Positions 59,656-64,000 of a stretch of 64,000 bases of DNA are shown here, in pieces. Each line of letters starts with the position of its first letter. The stretch's first letter is position 1. A program made the translations under genes and the position numbers. Below the pieces are notes generated by a model. That model was not told the origin of the DNA. It made no database searches and saw nothing but the letters and a program-made list of their open reading frames with translations. The stretch is from assembly GCA_964035545.1 (NCBI GenBank), contig OZ037770.1:11304463-11368462 (forward strand), given 5' to 3'. Source of the DNA: Bugula neritina (Eukaryota > Animalia > Bryozoa).

Positions 59656-62355
59656 TCATTCGTTGTCTTGAACACAGCAACAGAAAAACTTTAAGATCCG
59701 ATTTCTGCGATTCTGCTGTGTGGCTGGTTCTTGAACTGCTCTAAGATCTACAAAATATTATAGTGTTTCTCTTGGCATATACTGAGTGATGTATTATAGC
59801 AATATTAATAATCTGTTTTATTAGTTATATGTAGTGTTGCGTTAACCTAGCAGCCCCTGTGGTGTAATGGTTTAACGCGCCTGCTTGCAAGCCGGAGGTC
59901 TGTGGTTCGAATCCTGGTGGGTGCAAAAGTTTTACATTATATTCTATTGACTGTTTCACAATGCTATAGTAAGTAACAGTGAGTTTCTTTAAAGTTTTGA
60001 CAGCCTGATTCTCACTAATCTTTTTATAATTCACTCCTGTTTATTAGAAACTAGCTACCTAATGTCTTTAAAAATTTTCAGTTTGTTTAACATTATAAAA
60101 CACTAGTGGTTTCTACGGATTGGTTTGGTTTTATCTGTGGTTTGCTCATCCACATGCATAAAAGTATCTACTAATAATAAACATTTGGCTGACTTAAGAA
60201 TACTTACCATTCTGAACTCCATTAGATACATTAGCAGAAGCTAGGAGTTGCGTCTCCTTGACTGATGGCTTGAGAGTATTCAGAGAAAGATTCTTCAGTG
60301 AGTCTCCACCAGCTTCTGTTCCAAAATATATCAAATGTGTTGCAACTTAAAACTGTTGGTTTAATATAATATTTGTTACTAGTTGGCTAATTGTTTGCAA
60401 TGGGCAAATTTGTTTTTCCATTATAGATTAGCAATATTAGTTAGTAATTAGTTAGTAATTAGTATTGCCAATTTTGTAAATGAAAGTAGTTAACATGGCT
60501 TAACAAAAATTTACACATAAATCAAAATTTTCGATTAACATAATATTTTATATATCGACTGCACAATTGCATGCTTTTAGAATCATATTATTTATCTTAA
60601 GTGATTTAAATTTTGCTTTTTTGCAGATATTTCCTAGCTTTAATATTTACCAGACAATTTGGAAGGTGTTGGGGGATTTTTCTTGCCAATTTCTTGATTT
60701 GAGTCACTATCCTGTTTCATAGACGTGTTTTCCTCATTACTGATAGCATCTTCTTCCTGTTGTTGTGTGTATTCCTTTCTCATTCCATCTATTGAAATAA
60801 TGTTGCTTCAACTTAATTTTTTTTATATGAAAAAGGGCATAATTATACATAAGACTTTGCCAAGTATTGATTCGTTTGACTGATGATAAGTTGTTAGTGT
60901 GTAATTATAGAACTCATTCATTCTCTTTCTTTCATGGAGGCTATATTTTATCCAAGCAATAAATTACACTAATTAGGAATCAAAAAAAGGATATTTGACC
61001 AAGTGACATAGTATATTGAAAAGTAACAGTTTTGGAAGATATTTATTAGCAGCTGAATTTTGTTACCTTCTCTACAATTATTTGTAAAAGAAACAATTTA
61101 TATATTTAAATGTAGGTAATTATAAAATAAATACTTTACCAGCTTTCATTTTCTTATAAGATTAAATATTGACATGCTTTCTTACCAGGTGACATCTGAG
61201 GTTTAGTGGCAGCTCTTTGATTGGCCTCTTGTGCTTTTAGGGATACTTCACTGATTTGTCCAACAGCCTTTTTGATAATACCATCAGCTTCCGTCTGTTT
61301 GACTCCCAACTCCTTAATATCCCATTTGAGAGAAGCTATATCCTTCTTCAACTCATCTATTGAAATAACAGTAACTTGATTTTCAAATTTTTTGTTGCAA
61401 TAAAAGGAAGGTGGTAATCTTACTTTGCAAAATTTATACACTGTTCAAACAAATTGAATGGATGTTGTACCATCACAATTAGTGATTTTCTTATTCATGT
61501 GATCCTTAGAGAAAAGTGGCAATGATTTCCATTCCATTCCATCCACTGAAGTGAATGTCTTTTTTATTTGCTTCTCCACTTGTCTGGGTGCAGTAATTTG
61601 TCGTCCTAATGCGCTCGTTCTATTTTGAGGGGATTGTCTTCTCTCCTTGTTCAAACCTTTCTTTTGGCTTCTGGATAGGTTTGTGGCGGGTTTGAGATTT
61701 GGGTAGAGAACAGTATCGGTATTTGCTGTAATGTTGCAATACAAATGTTTTTATTCTGAGACAAATTTGTGTTAAATATAGAATAAAACGACATCATAGA
61801 TTTACAGTTTAGACTATCTGATGAACTGAAAAATTTAATGTAGATAAAAAACAAGCTGAAACAGAAAAAAGTGAGTAATTTTTTGAACTTACGCATCATG
61901 ATTTCTGGCCAAAGGTGCAGCTTGTGAGTTTTGGGGCGTGTGCCACTTCCTTCAAATTTCTTTAGGAAGTCCTCCAACTTGATTGGCTCTGAAACTGGAG
62001 AATCGGAGAGAGGAGCTGCTCTTCTTGGTTGACTTTTGTTGATCTCTGATATCAATTGATCTTTGGCCAATGGGAGAGGAGAAGCTGTCGTGTAGGCAGC
62101 AGGCTTCCCGTGCCAGCAGGCACCGGCACATCCGCAGTCATTCCATGTCCAGCTTTTAATTTTGCCACATATTTGTGTATTAGCTTGAGTAGTCTTACAG
62201 GAACCCAATTCTCTACACACCCGGTTTTCACTCGGTTTTACAGCTGTTATGACCTTGTTTGGTATGATGTCACATGAGTGTAAAGGGGCATAAGTTGAAA
62301 GAACCTCTGCCTTCTTTAAGTATCTCTCCTGTTTGTCTTTGCTGCTACCAAACAT
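59656..62355 (-). CDS. Uncharacterised 408-aa protein (6 coding exons, all introns phase 1) ending ...RRNRILKFFCCCVQDNE
   Basis: Exons 62355-61893, 61725-61471, 61356-61186, 60788-60651, 60315-60208, 59747-59656 join in frame at GT-AG sites; in-frame TGA precedes the ATG; no family recognised. Confidence 0.75.
59829..59950 (+). mobile_element. tRNA-like repeat family C (not a functional tRNA)
   Basis: Box A TGGTGTAATGG and box B GGTTCGAATCC at 59853-59925, but acceptor, anticodon and T stems are mispaired; diverged relatives at 41650-41946 and 42810. Confidence 0.7.
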
Positions 62356-63278
62356 TCAATAAGCACACATTTAGTATGTAAAGAAACAGTTGATGTTGCA
62401 TTTATCTGTACTACAATCTTATAACACTTAATATGTAGATCGACGTCCTAAAAATCCAACTTTTTATTTGAAATATACCAACATCTCAATGTTATTAAAT
62501 TCATAGAAAACATGTCTTCATAAAACTTCTTCTTACCCCTGAGCCCTGCCTTGTCTGCTTACAGCTCGACGATTTGACCAAAAAAACTCTTTGAAAACGA
62601 GTCTAAATGCAGCACAATCATAGCAAATTACCTCCCACTTGCTGTAACAAATAATTATCACACTTGAAGTAAATCTTTTCCTAATTTGAAGGTGGTAAAA
62701 TCTTAACAAATCAAAGCAAAAGCATCATAAAAGTGTCAAATAATGAAGATAACAGAGAATAACAATAAATATTAATATATATTATATTCATTGAAAAACT
62801 ATTACTTACTGATACACCTTGGCTGCCATGACAATGGATGCTAGCAGGAGAATTAGAGAAACCAGTATAAGCGAGAACATATTGAAGTTTATATTGTGAA
62901 CAGTTGCATGAAAGATTTACATTTTGTAGAAGCAATAATTAAACTGTCAATCTACAAACTCTGTAAACGCGCAATTAAGGTATCATTGTGTCACTCATTG
63001 TGTCATCCTTTATTATTGAACATTTTTTAAATATTTTGTTTTACTTATTCAATAATTTATTTAGATAATGATAGCAATTGTTTGTTTTGTTTTGAATTAT
63101 TTTTATAGTGTACTTTGTAATAATTTGTGAGGCATTTATGATGTAAACCATTTACTAGTTTGTTAGGTTGAATCCTTTATCCTATAAAACACAGTATTTA
63201 TATATAGATATAAGAAGTGGGAGGAGCTTCCTTAATAAAAAAAAATAATAATTTGTGACATCAGTTGAATGCTTAGGG

Positions 63279-63729
63279 CAGGGGTGTCCAATCTTTACAG
63301 ATAGAGGGCCACTGAAAGGAAATATTTCATGACGAGAGCTACACTGCGGAAACTTTATGTTGAGCTGGGGGCCACAGCATTAGTATTTTCAAATAACTTT
63401 CTTTCAAATTCTTATAAGTATAAAAAAGTATTGACATAAATGTTCAGCCATTGTAGTTTTAACACTTGCGGAACATACGTGTTGAAAGGGCGAGTAAAAA
63501 ACTGTTTTTACCTACTTTTTGCAAATTTTTTAGGATGTCGTTAAAGCTTTATAATGTTTTACACTCAAAGGCAAAAAGCCTAGATTTTACTGATATTGTT
63601 GCCATTGCTTGTCTCTACATTGCTTAACTAATATATAACAGCAAACTTTAAAATAAATTTTCCTTGAGGCACATTTATTTTCAATTTGGCCACACGGGGT
63701 ACAATGGGCCACCTGATTATTGCACCCTG
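63279..63729 (+). mobile_element. hAT/Charlie-like MITE family D, longer copy
   Basis: CAGGGGTGTCCAA...GAGGGCCACTGAA...AATATTTCATG...GGGCCACCTG..TGCACCCTG. Confidence 0.7.
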
Positions 63730-64000
63730 ATCACTGTTATTAATTTGTTTGACCAAAAGGTTGGTTGAAATGTTACTAAAATTTACAGATATAGCCATTT
63801 TTAACCGTTTTTTGTAAATTGGTGAAGCTCCCCTAATACATACATCCGGTGAGGTTGAAGCTTTGCCATTTTATGCATAATACAAAACACTCTGCTAGCT
63901 GTTGCTACTAGTAGATAGCCATGATATTCATTATATATTATATCATTGAGGGAATATACATGTATTTTACTAAAATGAATTGTGATTTGCTCATTTGCTC

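Noticed and set aside
59853-59925. tRNA gene (Ala- or Cys-like)
   Set aside because: Mispaired acceptor, anticodon and T stems and diverged dispersed relatives; treated as a repeat.

Overview
AT-rich, intron-rich eukaryotic (invertebrate animal-like) genomic DNA, not prokaryotic; most long ORFs in the supplied track are single exons or repeat artefacts. Joining exons by hand at GT/GC-AG sites supports nine spliced genes: the 5' part of an SLC6 transporter (-), CCDC152-like (-), PCGF3 (+), heme transporter HRG1/SLC48A1 (+), a GAL3ST-like sulfotransferase-fold gene with degenerate PAPS-binding motifs (+), PPP1R32/SAXO4 (+), POLR2D (-), an SLC2A/GLUT sugar transporter with an N-terminal ExxxLL motif (+), and a 408-aa protein I do not recognise ending in FFCCC (-). 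Mobile DNA: a young non-autonomous Ty1/copia LTR element whose gag/integrase region is replaced by tandem repeats, several MITE families, two tRNA-derived repeat families and a LINE remnant. Two unexplained window-wide patterns stand out. First, drifting 6-bp-periodic DNA tracts flank the CpG-rich promoters of six genes. Second, tandem repeats copy exon-intron junctions in four unrelated genes, creating arrays of decoy splice sites. Gene names come from my recollection of family motifs, not from database searches.
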